A stretch of 64,000 nucleotides of DNA from Gemmatimonadota bacterium (GCA_036679605.1 JAZDCZ010000365.1:52329-116328); one strand, 5' to 3'; shown: positions 1-10,783, numbered from the stretch's first letter. Notes: generated by a model from the letters alone, not told the origin. A program made the numbers and translations.

Positions 1-977
1 TGGTCGCGCGGCGAGATAGTGTGGTGGAGACGGCGCATGGCAGAATGCGGGAGCGGGATCTCGACCGCGTTATGCGCAGTTTCGTGGCCGGCGAGATAGA
101 CGTACTCGTATCGACGATGATTGTGGAGTCCGGGCTTGACGTCCCAAATGCCAACACAATGATCGTACACGATGCCCATAAATTCGGGTTGGCGCAGTTA
201 TATCAACTCCGAGGGAGAGTGGGCAGGGGACATCGGCGTGCATACTGCTATCTATTGACACCTGACACCGTGGCCGCTGACGCCGAACAGAGGCTGAAGG
301 TGTTGGAACATCATACCGAATTGGGAGCAGGTTATCAGATAGCCCTAAGGGACTTGGAACTGAGGGGAGCTGGTAATCTGCTTGGTGCCGAGCAGTCAGG
401 TCACACTCATGCGGTGGGATTTGACATGTTCATGCGCTGGCTCAACGAGACGGTGCAGGCACTGAAAGGAGATATTGGTGCGGAGCAACTGCCCCCGCCA
501 GAAGTGGTTCTCGACCGAGCGGCCTATCTTCCGGACGCGTATCTACCGGACGACGATGCCAAACTAGACTTCTATCGACGCCTGGCGCGGGCCGGTGAGC
601 TTAGCGAGATTGTGGACCTCAGAGCGGAACTGCGCGATCGCTTCGGGCCGCTACCCGATGAGGCCGATCGGCTCCTCATTGTTTCGGAACTGCAAGCGCT
701 TGGTGCAAAACTGGGTCTTGCCACCGTGATAGTGAGAGGTGATGAGGCCCGTCTCAAGTTTCGCGCGGGTACAGCCCCTAGGCTTGTGCGGCTATCGGCG
801 GCTCTGGACGATGTACAGTTCTCGGCGGAGGTGAGGAGAACTATGCCCTTGTCGTTACGACTCACACGGTTGGGGGGTGTGGATATTGGCTCGGGCCTGG
901 TTCGAGCTCTCACTGCAGCTGTTGCAGATGATGATGCAGCGGCGCACGCCCTAGCGTTAGGAGTGAGTCAGGAGTGA
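1..977 (+). CDS. mfd: Transcription-repair coupling factor Mfd, C-terminal part (5' end upstream of window)
   Basis: Frame is open from the window edge. Helicase motif VI 'QLRGRVGRG' is followed by a TRCF-type C-terminal domain. Stop TGA at 975-977. Confidence 0.9.
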   Translation, partial: VARRDSVVETAHGRMRERDLDRVMRSFVAGEIDVLVSTMIVESGLDVPNANTMIVHDAHKFGLAQLYQLRGRVGRGHRRAYCYLLTPDTVAADAEQRLKVLEHHTELGAGYQIALRDLELRGAGNLLGAEQSGHTHAVGFDMFMRWLNETVQALKGDIGAEQLPPPEVVLDRAAYLPDAYLPDDDAKLDFYRRLARAGELSEIVDLRAELRDRFGPLPDEADRLLIVSELQALGAKLGLATVIVRGDEARLKFRAGTAPRLVRLSAALDDVQFSAEVRRTMPLSLRLTRLGGVDIGSGLVRALTAAVADDDAAAHALALGVSQE

Positions 978-979
978 GA

Positions 980-2323
980 ATGAGAATGCAATTGTGGATC
1001 GTGGCCGTCTGGGCAGTATTTCTGAGCGGATGCCAGTTTGACGGCCTGTTGGCTCGGAATACCGTTGCCCAGGCCAACGATCAAAAGCTCACGGTCAGCG
1101 AATTGGCCGACATATTGGCGCATGGCAAGGTCCAACTCGAATCGGATATGGTCGAGCAGTGGGTCTGGTCTTGGTTGCAATCTTCGCTCTACGCGCAGCG
1201 GTTGGCGGCGGGCGAGTCAGTTACAGACACGGCGTCCGTTCTCGAGTCTATGTGGCCGGAGGCAATGGGATGGGCGGTTTTCCATCTGGCCGAGCGGGAT
1301 GGGCTAGACACCACCGCGGCAGTGGACAGCGCTTTCCTTGCCGGGGACGACCGGATTCTCGACCAGATTCTCATCCGCGTGACGCAGGGTATCGTGCCTG
1401 AGGACAAGGCAGCTCTACGGCGACGTGCAGCAAGACTCCGTGCGCGCCTACTGGCGGGTATCCTTTGGGACACTGTCGCGGCACGCACGAGAGACCTGGG
1501 TAGGCAGGCGACAGCGGGCAGCATTGGTCTGGTCGAGCGGGGCCAGCTCGCTCCCGAGGTCGAAAAAGCTGGATTTTCTCTAGCGCCTGGGGCGGTATCT
1601 GGCGTTGTCGAGTCGTCCTTCGGGTTTCATATTCTTCGTCGACCCCGGTTCGATGAAGTAAACGTGCAATACAGTGCCTTTGCCCTGAACAAGGTGTTGG
1701 AGCGCTGGAAATCCCAGAAACGCGAGGAACTCTTGAAAAGCCACGACGTCCGGCTGGAGGATGACGCGGCCGACGTGCTGCGGGATGCGGTCAAGCACCC
1801 AATGCAATTGTTGGCGACCGACCGAAAGGACTTGATCGGGGAGTACGATGGAGGACGTTTTACCAACCGCGATTTCATCCATTGGTTGCAAGCCCTGCCC
1901 GTACAGGAACATTTGGCCGCGGACACGGTGGACAACGAGGGGCTGAGACGCCTTGCTCGTAGACTCATCGCGAACGATCTCATCTATGCGGAGGCGAAGA
2001 GTGAGGGTGTGGGGCCGACGAAGGACGAGTACGCGGCAATGAGCCGCGAGTACACCGGGAGGCTTGCGGAACTGCGATGGGTGATGCGGATAGACACTTT
2101 GCTGATAAAGGCAGCCACACCTGCGGAGCGGATGCAAGCGGCGGCTGACGCCACCGACGACTATTTGAAACGCCAGATCGAAACGCTGAGGGACGTGAGA
2201 GTAGTTCCCCCTTTTCTGGCGCAGCGGCTGCGTGACGAAGCCGACTGGAAGTTTTCCTACGATGCTTTAGATCGAGCCGTGGAGAGAGCTCGGCGATTAC
2301 GCGCGAGAACGAACGAGAGGTGA
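980..2323 (+). CDS. Parvulin-type peptidyl-prolyl isomerase lipoprotein (SurA/PrsA-like paralog 1)
   Basis: Lipobox 'FLSGC' and PpiC signature 'SFGFHILRR'. ATG 980 lies 6 nt after AGGAG; the track start GTG 974 is also possible. Confidence 0.8.
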   Translation: MRMQLWIVAVWAVFLSGCQFDGLLARNTVAQANDQKLTVSELADILAHGKVQLESDMVEQWVWSWLQSSLYAQRLAAGESVTDTASVLESMWPEAMGWAVFHLAERDGLDTTAAVDSAFLAGDDRILDQILIRVTQGIVPEDKAALRRRAARLRARLLAGILWDTVAARTRDLGRQATAGSIGLVERGQLAPEVEKAGFSLAPGAVSGVVESSFGFHILRRPRFDEVNVQYSAFALNKVLERWKSQKREELLKSHDVRLEDDAADVLRDAVKHPMQLLATDRKDLIGEYDGGRFTNRDFIHWLQALPVQEHLAADTVDNEGLRRLARRLIANDLIYAEAKSEGVGPTKDEYAAMSREYTGRLAELRWVMRIDTLLIKAATPAERMQAAADATDDYLKRQIETLRDVRVVPPFLAQRLRDEADWKFSYDALDRAVERARRLRARTNER

Positions 2324-2332
2324 GATAGTACA

Positions 2333-3760
2333 ATGAAGCTTCGGTTTTTGACGGTTGGCGTTTTGCTCGGTGGAACGGTGTTGGCCAGCGGTTGCGACGT
2401 CCAGGATGCATTTCGTGCGCACGCCGACGTAGCTGCGCGTGCCGGCAATCACGAACTCAGGGTTGAAAGGCTTGCCGAGATTATTGCCAACTCGCGGAAT
2501 ATCCCGATCCGGCAGGACATTCTCAAGCGTGTCGCGTCGCTGTGGGTAGACTACACTCTTTTCGCACAGCGAATCACCGATCAAGATTCTTTGCTCGATT
2601 CCCTTTCTGTGATGAACACGATGTGGAACGCAGCTCAGCTGCAGGTGATCGGCTACTATCACGATCAACTGGTGAGCCAACGCGTAACGATAGATTCCGC
2701 GACAGTAGACAGTGTATACAATGCGGGTGAGCGGCGTCTGATATACCACATCCTCGTCCAGACGAGGCCAGACATGTCCCAGAGCGACAAGGCCGACCAA
2801 CTGCGGAAGGCACAGCGACTCAGGACAAGCGCATTGGGCGGCAGTGCAGGTTGGAACAGGGCCATCACTGAGAGTGAGGACTCGGTGAGCCAATCGCAGG
2901 GAGGAAGTCTTGGGATTCTCGGGCGAGGTCAGACAGTTGAGCAATTCGAACGCGTGGCGTTTGCACTGGTGCCGGGGGAGGTCTCGGCCGTCACGGAAAC
3001 GGAGTTCGGATATCACGTCATCAAACGCCCGTTTCTCTCTGAAGTACGCCAGGAGTTCGAGCAGCGACTGAACGCGATGCTCGTTCGTGATATGGACGCC
3101 TTATTCTTGGATGAATTGGAACAACGTTGGGACGTAGAGGTGGTTGTGGATGCGCCGCGCGTGATGCGCGACGCGGCCGACGATATGATCCGTTGGAAGG
3201 GGTCTCAGAAAGCTATTGGCAAGTACAACGGCGGAAAGTTCACGGCCTCTGATTTTGTGAAGTGGCTCCAAGCCCTGCCGGCCGAGAACATGGCTCAGGT
3301 TACCAACGCGAGCGACGATCAGTTGGTAGAGTTCGCTATGGGTCTAGTTCGGAATACGGTGTTGGAGAAGGAGGCAAGGGATGCGGGCTACGGGCCAAGC
3401 GCGGAAGATTTCGAAAGTCTCAAGCTTTCGCTGTCACAGCGCCTCGCGGGCCTGCGCAATGCAATGGGGCTAGATTCCAATATCGTGATGTCGGCCGTTG
3501 CTGATAGATCGCAGTTGGTTGAGGATGTAGTCGACAGCTATCTTGCGGCCGTCACAACAGACGTCGCTCAACTGATAATGGTACCGCCGGCACTCGCCGA
3601 TCGATTGCGTTCTGAGGACGATTGGAGTTTGTCGACTCCCGGTCTTAAACGCGCGTTACTGCGTAGCGCTGAAATTCGTGTGAGATTGGGCGGCGATGTG
3701 GCTGGTCAGGCGCCGGTAACTCCGGCACCTGCCGCGTCGCAAGATTCTACCGAGTCGTAA
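2333..3760 (+). CDS. Parvulin-type peptidyl-prolyl isomerase lipoprotein (paralog 2)
   Basis: Lipobox 'LASGC' and PpiC signature 'EFGYHVIKRP'. Overall architecture resembles the preceding gene. Confidence 0.8.
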   Translation: MKLRFLTVGVLLGGTVLASGCDVQDAFRAHADVAARAGNHELRVERLAEIIANSRNIPIRQDILKRVASLWVDYTLFAQRITDQDSLLDSLSVMNTMWNAAQLQVIGYYHDQLVSQRVTIDSATVDSVYNAGERRLIYHILVQTRPDMSQSDKADQLRKAQRLRTSALGGSAGWNRAITESEDSVSQSQGGSLGILGRGQTVEQFERVAFALVPGEVSAVTETEFGYHVIKRPFLSEVRQEFEQRLNAMLVRDMDALFLDELEQRWDVEVVVDAPRVMRDAADDMIRWKGSQKAIGKYNGGKFTASDFVKWLQALPAENMAQVTNASDDQLVEFAMGLVRNTVLEKEARDAGYGPSAEDFESLKLSLSQRLAGLRNAMGLDSNIVMSAVADRSQLVEDVVDSYLAAVTTDVAQLIMVPPALADRLRSEDDWSLSTPGLKRALLRSAEIRVRLGGDVAGQAPVTPAPAASQDSTES

Positions 3761-3775
3761 ATTGCGGGGGTAGGT

Positions 3776-5092
3776 ATGCAACTGCGTCAATTGAGAATCG
3801 CTCTACTAGGCCTGATCGTGATAGCCACTCCGGTCGTAGCGCAAGAAGGCCTGCGAGTGCCGGTCGATCGAATAGTTGCTATCGTGGGCGAGACACCCAT
3901 CACGTTGAGCCGGATGGACGAGCAGCTCCAGGTGTTTCTCACCCAGGGTGGCGAACTCCCGACCGATGCAGATTCACTGCGCCAGTTGAGGCTTTCGGTT
4001 CTCGAACAGCTCGTCGATGATGAGCTGATCATTCAGGCTGCCGAGAGAGATACGCTAGTCCAGATTACAGAGGAGGAAGTGCAGAGCGCTGTAGAAGAGG
4101 CCATGAAAAACCTCAGGGAGCAAGTACCGTCGGAACTCGATTTTCAGCGGGAAGTCCAGGCCATCGGTTTCAAGAGTCTGGACGACTACCGCGTTTGGTT
4201 GGCCGAACAGCAACGGCGCCAGATTCTGACATCAGTTTATATGCAGGAACTCAGGCAGCGTGGTCAGTTCATTCCAATTCCGCCGACCGAATCGGAACTG
4301 CGAGACTATTTTGAGAGCACACGAAGCCAGCATCCTAAACGACCGGCCACGGTAACGTACCGCCAGATCGCCGTGCCGGCCTTCGCAGATCCGGTGGAAT
4401 TGCGGAAGGCCGAGCAACGTGCCGATTCTCTCGTACTGCGTCTTAGAGGAGGGGAGGATTTCGGGGCTCTAGCGCTTCAGTTTTCGGCCGATTCCGGCAG
4501 CGCGCAGCAGGGAGGTAGGTTGGGATGGGTGCGTCGAGGCCAAGGTCTGGTCAAGGAGTTCGAGGATCTGGCGTTTCGGCTCCGACCCGGTGTGGTGTCG
4601 AGTCCTCTACTGACCCCTTTCGGATTTCACATTATTGAGGTAGAGCGTTCCGAACCCGCGTCCATTCAGGTCCGGCACATTCTCATCGCTCCCACAATAA
4701 CCGACGAGCAACAGGCCGCGGCACGGAAGCGCGCCGAGGCAGCCAAGGGAGCCCTCGAGCAGGGCCTGTCGTTCGACTCGCTTTCGCGCAGCTTTCACGA
4801 CCGCACAGAAGAGCGCTTTCTAGAGGACGTTCCGGTCGATGCCCTTAGTCTGCAGCTCAGAGAAGCCTTTGCGACAGCTAAGCCAGGCGATATTCTGGGC
4901 CCGTTTGAGCGCGACCGTGGCTTGGGTCGTGTGCTCTATCCGGTAATAGTCTTTCAAGAGCGGAGAGCAGAGGGGACGGCGAGCTTTGAAGATCTAGAAG
5001 ATCGAATGCGCTCTTCGCTTGCCGAGAACAATGCGCTCAAGCGTCTCCTCGATAGCCTACGCTCATCGACTTACGTGGACGTTCGCCTCTAG
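3776..5092 (+). CDS. surA: SurA-like periplasmic chaperone/PPIase
   Basis: Signal peptide ends 'PVVAQEG'. SurA_N-like N-terminal region and one parvulin domain ('PFGFHIIEVE'). Lies immediately upstream of pdxA, as in the classical surA-pdxA arrangement. Confidence 0.7.
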   Translation: MQLRQLRIALLGLIVIATPVVAQEGLRVPVDRIVAIVGETPITLSRMDEQLQVFLTQGGELPTDADSLRQLRLSVLEQLVDDELIIQAAERDTLVQITEEEVQSAVEEAMKNLREQVPSELDFQREVQAIGFKSLDDYRVWLAEQQRRQILTSVYMQELRQRGQFIPIPPTESELRDYFESTRSQHPKRPATVTYRQIAVPAFADPVELRKAEQRADSLVLRLRGGEDFGALALQFSADSGSAQQGGRLGWVRRGQGLVKEFEDLAFRLRPGVVSSPLLTPFGFHIIEVERSEPASIQVRHILIAPTITDEQQAAARKRAEAAKGALEQGLSFDSLSRSFHDRTEERFLEDVPVDALSLQLREAFATAKPGDILGPFERDRGLGRVLYPVIVFQERRAEGTASFEDLEDRMRSSLAENNALKRLLDSLRSSTYVDVRL

Positions 5093-5099
5093 CAATCCC

Positions 5100-6020
5100 G
5101 TGCGCCCGCGCGTCGCGATTACAGTAGGGGATCCGCGAGGCATTGGACCGGAGATCTCCAGGAAAGTCTTGCAACATCCCCCCGAAAATTCGGATTACGT
5201 TCTCATAGGTCCCGCGGAGCAAGTTTGCGACGTGGGTGTCGATTCCATTGTCGTGGGTGGAGGTCGAGGAAAAGGGGAAGCGGGATGCGCAGACTTGCCG
5301 ATCGAAGAGGCGGGAAGGCTCACCGTCCTACAGGTTGAGAAGGCTGTTGCCCTGGCGCTGGAAGGATCCGTGGACGCCATCGTTACAGGTCCAGCCGAAA
5401 AACGCGCGCTTCACGCTGCCGGCTGCAAGTACCCGGGACACACCGAGTGGCTCGGTGAACTCGCGGGCGGTGTGGAGACAGCCATGATGCTCGCAGCGGG
5501 CGATCTGCGAGTGGTGTTGGCCACTACCCATATTGCGTTGAGACAAGTTCCGGACTCCGTGACGGTAGAGCGAATCGTCACCGTCGGGAAATTGGCGGCC
5601 AGGGCGTTGCAAAAATGGTGGGATCTAGAGAATCCGAGACTTGCGATCTGTGCCCTCAACCCGCATGGGGGTGAGGGGGGATTGTTCGGTGAGGAGGACG
5701 AGACCGTACTGCGGCCTGCCGCGGAAGAATTGGGAGCAGCAGGGCCTGTGCCCGCCGACACCGTGTTCGTTCGAGCGTTGAGGGGTGAGTTCGATGCCGT
5801 AATAGCTCCCTATCACGACGTTGGTATGACGGCAGTAAAGGTTTCGGGATTTGGGAGAGGTGTTAACATCACGTTGGGGTTGCCATTTATTCGAACCGCG
5901 CCCGACCATGGCACGGCGTTCGATATCGCCGGTAAGGGAATTGCAGATCCTAGCTCTATGCAAGAAGCCGTAGCACTTGCCGTTCGACTCGCCAAGATGT
6001 GTGTTTCGACCGGCGGCTAG
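5100..6020 (+). CDS. pdxA: 4-hydroxythreonine-4-phosphate dehydrogenase
   Basis: Motifs 'ITVGDPRGIGPEI', 'ALNPHGGEGG' and 'APDHGTAFDIAGKG'. GTG 5100 chosen because the track start 5019 overlaps the upstream gene by 74 nt. Confidence 0.9.
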   Translation: MRPRVAITVGDPRGIGPEISRKVLQHPPENSDYVLIGPAEQVCDVGVDSIVVGGGRGKGEAGCADLPIEEAGRLTVLQVEKAVALALEGSVDAIVTGPAEKRALHAAGCKYPGHTEWLGELAGGVETAMMLAAGDLRVVLATTHIALRQVPDSVTVERIVTVGKLAARALQKWWDLENPRLAICALNPHGGEGGLFGEEDETVLRPAAEELGAAGPVPADTVFVRALRGEFDAVIAPYHDVGMTAVKVSGFGRGVNITLGLPFIRTAPDHGTAFDIAGKGIADPSSMQEAVALAVRLAKMCVSTGG

Positions 6021-7351
6021 GAGTCTGACTGCGCTTTTCCAACCGTAACAATTCTCACTTTTTCCACACGTTTCTCTTCCATCTCGAGCACGTCCAGCAT
6101 GAGATCCTCCAGCTGTATTCGATCTCCCGGCTGCGGAAGCCGTCCTAATTTGCCAAAGGCGAGACCGCCGATCGTCTGGTAGTCATCGGTCTCTATGGAG
6201 AGCCCGAATTTTTTGTTCAGGTCATCGATTTCGGTGTCGCCTGCGACTGTTATGCCATCCGTGCCGGCGTCGGGCAGAGACTCGGCTTCGTCGTATTCGT
6301 CATAGATTTCTCCAACGATCTCCTCGATGAGGTCTTCCATAGTCACTATGCCGGCTGTTCCACCCCACTCATCGAGTACCACCGCCATTTGGGCTTTGAG
6401 CCGCTGCATGTCGGTGAGAACATCCTCGATCTCCCGGGTGCCGGGCAGAAACATAGGTTCCATCATCAAGTGAGAAATTGCCTCGTTCCTCTTGTCACGG
6501 AGGGACACCAATATCTGTTTGACGTGGACTATCCCTACGATGTCGTCGAGTGAGTCTTTGTAAACGGGGTAACGTGATCGTCCGGTTTCAGAGATAAGGT
6601 TCAGGGCTTCGTCCACCGTGGTGTCTATGGGCAAACCCACCACCTCCGTGCGCGGTGTCATTACGTCCCGCGCACGTTTCTCACTGAATTCAAATACGCC
6701 TTCGATAAGTCGAACGTCTTCGTCTTCGAGTTGCCCCGACTCCTTGCTTTGCTTGACCAGCATCACGATCTCTTCAGGCTGGTGCACGCGTTCGGCTTCG
6801 CTAGGAGCTTTGGCGCCGACGAGCCGGAGCAGACCATTGGCTGCGCCATTGAGCAGCCAGATAAACGGATTGGTAGCTTTTGTAAATAGGATGAGGGGGG
6901 CGGCGAGCCACCGACTCGTGTCCTCGGGATGTAGGAGCGCGAATGCTTTCGGGGCGAGTTCACCTAATACGATATGAAGGAAAATGATTATCAGAAACGC
7001 AATCGTGGCCGCCGCCCCGTGTGTGGCGATCTGGTCCAGCGGAGTGGGCAAGTTGCGAAACAATTGCTCGATTGCGGAGGCAACGGCAGGCTCGCCGATC
7101 CAGCCAAGGCCCAGGCTTGCGACGGTGATCCCGAGCTGTGTGCCGGAAATGTACCGATCGAGTGATTGAATCGCCTTTTGAGCGAGCTTAGCTTTCTTGT
7201 CACCGTCGTCGGCGAGTCGGTCGATACGGGTACGGCGGGCCGCGACGAGTCCGAACTCCGCGGCCACGAAGAGGCCGTTGGCAGCAACAAGAAGGAGGAC
7301 GGCGCCGGCACGCCAGATGAAGTCCAGGAGTGATAAGTCGGATTCAGGCAT
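6017..7351 (-). CDS. Hemolysin-family / CNNM(DUF21)-CBS-CorC_HlyC membrane protein
   Basis: N-terminal TM helices, a tandem CBS region and a C-terminal CorC/HlyC-type transporter-associated domain. Confidence 0.88.
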   Translation of the reverse strand: MPESDLSLLDFIWRAGAVLLLVAANGLFVAAEFGLVAARRTRIDRLADDGDKKAKLAQKAIQSLDRYISGTQLGITVASLGLGWIGEPAVASAIEQLFRNLPTPLDQIATHGAAATIAFLIIIFLHIVLGELAPKAFALLHPEDTSRWLAAPLILFTKATNPFIWLLNGAANGLLRLVGAKAPSEAERVHQPEEIVMLVKQSKESGQLEDEDVRLIEGVFEFSEKRARDVMTPRTEVVGLPIDTTVDEALNLISETGRSRYPVYKDSLDDIVGIVHVKQILVSLRDKRNEAISHLMMEPMFLPGTREIEDVLTDMQRLKAQMAVVLDEWGGTAGIVTMEDLIEEIVGEIYDEYDEAESLPDAGTDGITVAGDTEIDDLNKKFGLSIETDDYQTIGGLAFGKLGRLPQPGDRIQLEDLMLDVLEMEEKRVEKVRIVTVGKAQSDS

Positions 7352-7418
7352 ATACTGATGGCTCTAAGGTAAGCAGGGGTACAGTCCCGGCAACAGGACA
7401 CGGCTGAGGCGCCTGAAA

Positions 7419-8336
7419 GTGACGTCCAACGATTCTACTGATAACGCTCTGAAATGCGTTCAATCGGCTCCGGTGCTGCGCGGTCACAAGCGCTCGTTGA
7501 GGCTGGTCCTGGCAATCACACTCACAGTGATGGTGGCCGAAGTCCTGGGTGGCTGGTTCGCCAATTCGCTGGCGTTGCTGGCGGACGCCGGTCACATGCT
7601 TACAGATGCTGCCGCAATCGGTCTGGCCTTGTTCGCGGCCTGGATCTCCGACCGACCACCCACGGCGAGCAAGACATTCGGCTACTTGAGGCTGGAAGTG
7701 CTGGCCGCGCTGGTGAACGGTTCGACACTGTTCGTGTTGGCCGGACTCATAGTCTGGCACGCGATCGATCGATTCGTCTCGCCGCCGGACGTAGAGCCAC
7801 AGCTAATGCTTGGGGTGGCAGCGATAGGCCTTATGGCCAACGTGATTGCGCTCAAGATTCTCCACGGCGGCCACGAGCATTCGCTCAACATTCGAGGGGC
7901 TTTTCTCCACGTACTAGGTGACTTGCTGGGCTCGGTAGGTGCACTGATCGCCGGCGTGATCATATTGACGACGGGCTGGACGTTGGCAGATCCTATCACG
8001 TCGATTGTGATTGCAGTTCTGATTCTCGGTGGCGCCTGGCGCCTGGTTCGTGACAGCGTTGACGTCCTTCTGGAGGCTACGCCGCGACATATCTCGCTCC
8101 AGCAGGTGGCCGACAGGATCTCGAGCATTCCGGATATTCTAGAGGTGCACGATCTCCACGTATGGACGGTTACGTCTGGAGTCATCGCGATGAGCGGTCA
8201 TGCGATTGTGGCTGAGCCCAGCCGCAACCAGGCTGTGCTGGAAGCTGTGCAGAGGAGGATGGCGAAACTCGGCATCAATCATGTGACCGTGCAGATCGAG
8301 GATGGAAAAAACGGCTGCGCCGAGATTAGCATCTAG
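7419..8336 (+). CDS. Cation diffusion facilitator family divalent-metal efflux transporter (CzcD/ZitB-like)
   Basis: Six predicted TM segments. 'HMLTDAAA' (TM2) and 'HVLGDLLGS' (TM5) metal-site motifs. C-terminal cytoplasmic domain present. Confidence 0.9.
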   Translation: MTSNDSTDNALKCVQSAPVLRGHKRSLRLVLAITLTVMVAEVLGGWFANSLALLADAGHMLTDAAAIGLALFAAWISDRPPTASKTFGYLRLEVLAALVNGSTLFVLAGLIVWHAIDRFVSPPDVEPQLMLGVAAIGLMANVIALKILHGGHEHSLNIRGAFLHVLGDLLGSVGALIAGVIILTTGWTLADPITSIVIAVLILGGAWRLVRDSVDVLLEATPRHISLQQVADRISSIPDILEVHDLHVWTVTSGVIAMSGHAIVAEPSRNQAVLEAVQRRMAKLGINHVTVQIEDGKNGCAEISI

Positions 8337-8387
8337 CTATACTCCACAGCTTTAGTTGAACGTCTAATTGCACGGTAATGGAAGGAT

Positions 8388-10247
8388 TTGCGGTCGGTGC
8401 TTAGGAACATCGCGATTATCGCACATGTGGATCATGGAAAGACTACGCTAGTCGACAAGATGTTGCGTCAGGCCGGCGTGTTCCGGTCTAACCAACAGGT
8501 AACGGAACGCGTTATGGACTCAAATCCGCTCGAGCGTGAACGTGGCATAACGATTCTGTCGAAGAACACTGCTGTTCGGTGGAACGACGTGAAGATCAAC
8601 GTAGTAGATACGCCGGGGCACGCCGATTTCGGTGGAGAGGTCGAGCGGATCCTGCGGATGGTAGACGGAGTGCTCTTGTTGGTCGATGCGGCCGAAGGTC
8701 CGATGCCGCAAACTCGATTTGTGATGCGCAAGGCGTTGGCGTTGAACTTGAAGCCGGTCATAGTCATAAACAAGGTTGACCGCCCCGACGCCCGTTCTGC
8801 AGAGGTTCACGACGAGGTATTGGAGCTGCTGTTAGATCTCGAAGCTAGTGACGAGCAGTTGGATGCGCCTTTCCTTTACGCCTCTGCGAAATACGGATGG
8901 GCGGCTAGGGATTTGCCGGAGGACTGGGATCCAGAGAATCACGACCTCACGCCTCTTTTCGAGACGATTGTGGAGGCGGTACCTGCGCCTCGAGCATACG
9001 CTGGACCCTTCCAGATGCTAGTCTCTACGTTGGACCATTCGCCGTATACGGGCCGCGTGGCCATCGGCCGGATCGAGCGGGGCAGTGTGACGGCCGGACA
9101 GCAGGTCGCGTTGTTGTCGCTGGGCGATCCAGGGTTTGTTGCGCAGGATGAAGCGGTGCATGGGCGCGTACTCAAGTTGTATGGCTTCGAGGGTCTGGAT
9201 CGAGTCGAGCTGGATACCGCCGCCGCCGGTGATATCATCGCGCTGACCGGGTTGGACGGAATAGAGATCGGCAAGACGGTGGCCGATGTCGATTGTCTCG
9301 AGCGGCTTGCAGGCATCGCGGTAGAAGAGCCCACGATCTCCGTCGAATTCATGGTGAACGATTCTCCTTTCGCCGGCAAGAGCGGGAAGTACGTCACGTC
9401 GCGCCAGATACGGGACCGACTTTACCGTGAATTAGAACGCAACGTGGCGCTTCAGGTAGACGACACTGAGAAGCCGGAAGTGTTTTCGGTCGCGGGACGG
9501 GGGGAGTTACATCTCGGAATTCTCATTGAGACGATGCGGCGCGAGGGGTACGAGTTTCAGGTGAGCCGACCGAGGGTAATCATGCGGCAGGATGCCGACG
9601 GCAAGGCGACCGAGCCATATGAAGAACTCGTGGTAGATGTGCCGGAGGACATGGTCGGCGTCGTGATCGAAAAAATGGGTTCGCGCCGAGGTGACATGAT
9701 CGATATGAGGAACCCGGGGCGGGGCAGCGTGAGGATGCGGTTTCGCATCCCTTCGCGTTGTCTATTCGGATTTCGCTCGGAGTTCTTGACTGATACCAGG
9801 GGTGAGGGAACATTGCACCACCGGTTTCTGGAGTACAGTCCCTGGGCGGGCCCGCTGGATGGCCGGTCGCGCGGTGTACTGGTTGCGGATCGTCAGGGCC
9901 AGGCGGTAGGTTATGGAATATTCGGGCTACAGGAGCGTAGTACGTTGTTCGTGGCGCCGGGCGACCCCGTGTATGAGGGGATGATCGTGGGAGAGAACGC
10001 CCGGGAGAGTGACATGGATGTCAACGTCTGTAAGGAGAAGAAGCTGACGAACATGCGTGCCTCCGGTTCCGATGACAACATTCTATTGGTTCCTCCTCGA
10101 CGAATGACGCTCGAGATGTCGCTGGAGTACATCGCGGACGATGAGTTGATCGAGGTCACGCCGGATGCGATCCGGCTTCGAAAGCGCGCGCTCAGTGTGA
10201 ACGCGAGGAAGAAGGCTGTCCGCCAGGCACGTGCGGCGGCTAGGTAG
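8388..10247 (+). CDS. typA: Translational GTPase TypA/BipA
   Basis: 'NIAIIAHVDHGKTTLVD' G1 motif, 'DTPGHADFGGEV', 'NKVDR'. Length is typical. The start may be GTG 8397, which has better spacing to GGAAGGA, rather than TTG 8388. Confidence 0.95.
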   Translation: MRSVLRNIAIIAHVDHGKTTLVDKMLRQAGVFRSNQQVTERVMDSNPLERERGITILSKNTAVRWNDVKINVVDTPGHADFGGEVERILRMVDGVLLLVDAAEGPMPQTRFVMRKALALNLKPVIVINKVDRPDARSAEVHDEVLELLLDLEASDEQLDAPFLYASAKYGWAARDLPEDWDPENHDLTPLFETIVEAVPAPRAYAGPFQMLVSTLDHSPYTGRVAIGRIERGSVTAGQQVALLSLGDPGFVAQDEAVHGRVLKLYGFEGLDRVELDTAAAGDIIALTGLDGIEIGKTVADVDCLERLAGIAVEEPTISVEFMVNDSPFAGKSGKYVTSRQIRDRLYRELERNVALQVDDTEKPEVFSVAGRGELHLGILIETMRREGYEFQVSRPRVIMRQDADGKATEPYEELVVDVPEDMVGVVIEKMGSRRGDMIDMRNPGRGSVRMRFRIPSRCLFGFRSEFLTDTRGEGTLHHRFLEYSPWAGPLDGRSRGVLVADRQGQAVGYGIFGLQERSTLFVAPGDPVYEGMIVGENARESDMDVNVCKEKKLTNMRASGSDDNILLVPPRRMTLEMSLEYIADDELIEVTPDAIRLRKRALSVNARKKAVRQARAAAR

Positions 10248-10546
10248 AAAGGTGCATGACCCTTAGCGCGAGGAAATGAAGGAGTCATGTTGTCCCGACA
10301 GACGTCGACTTGGCCGGTCCTGGGCCTCACTGACGACGATGACGATGAGGAATGAACGACGAGCGTGATTTCGAAGAAGACGAGGTACTGGGTGACGACG
10401 ACGGTGATGACGATGATGAATGGGAGGAGGACGAAGATGAGTTGGAGCCGCACCGCAGGAAGCGGCCTGCCGAGTGGGAGTAGAAAAGGCGCGGCGGCCG
10501 GGGTTGGCCCGTCTGGCTACCGCGTCTAGATTTGTGTGTCCAAACC

Positions 10547-10620
<74 letters not shown>

Positions 10621-10669
10621 TTGCCGTTGCCGCAGACAACGCAGATGGCACTGATCTACGCAGATGTAG

Positions 10670-10703
10670 CCCGCCGTGGTCCGAGAGACCGCGGTGGGTT
10701 TTT
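10670..10703 (+). terminator. Rho-independent terminator downstream of tRNA-Ile
   Basis: 12-bp stem CCCGCCGTGGTC / GACCGCGGTGGG (two G-T wobbles), loop CGAGA, followed by TTTTT. Confidence 0.7.
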
Positions 10704-10783
10704 GCGTGAACGGCCTCCGTCTATCCGCGGTGGTCAGTGTAATGAGTGGCCGGGTTGTTGTCATGGAGGACGGGACAGACATC

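Noticed and set aside
5019-5099. N-terminal extension of pdxA from ATG 5019.
   Set aside because: It would overlap the surA-like gene by 74 nt and adds non-conserved sequence. GTG 5100 lies right after the upstream stop and directly precedes the conserved 'RVAITVGDP'.
9911-10453. 180-aa minus-strand ORF overlapping the typA 3' end.
   Set aside because: It is antisense to a strongly supported gene. Its distal part is the reverse reading of the Asp/Glu-codon-rich stretch (Ser/Val/Ile runs).
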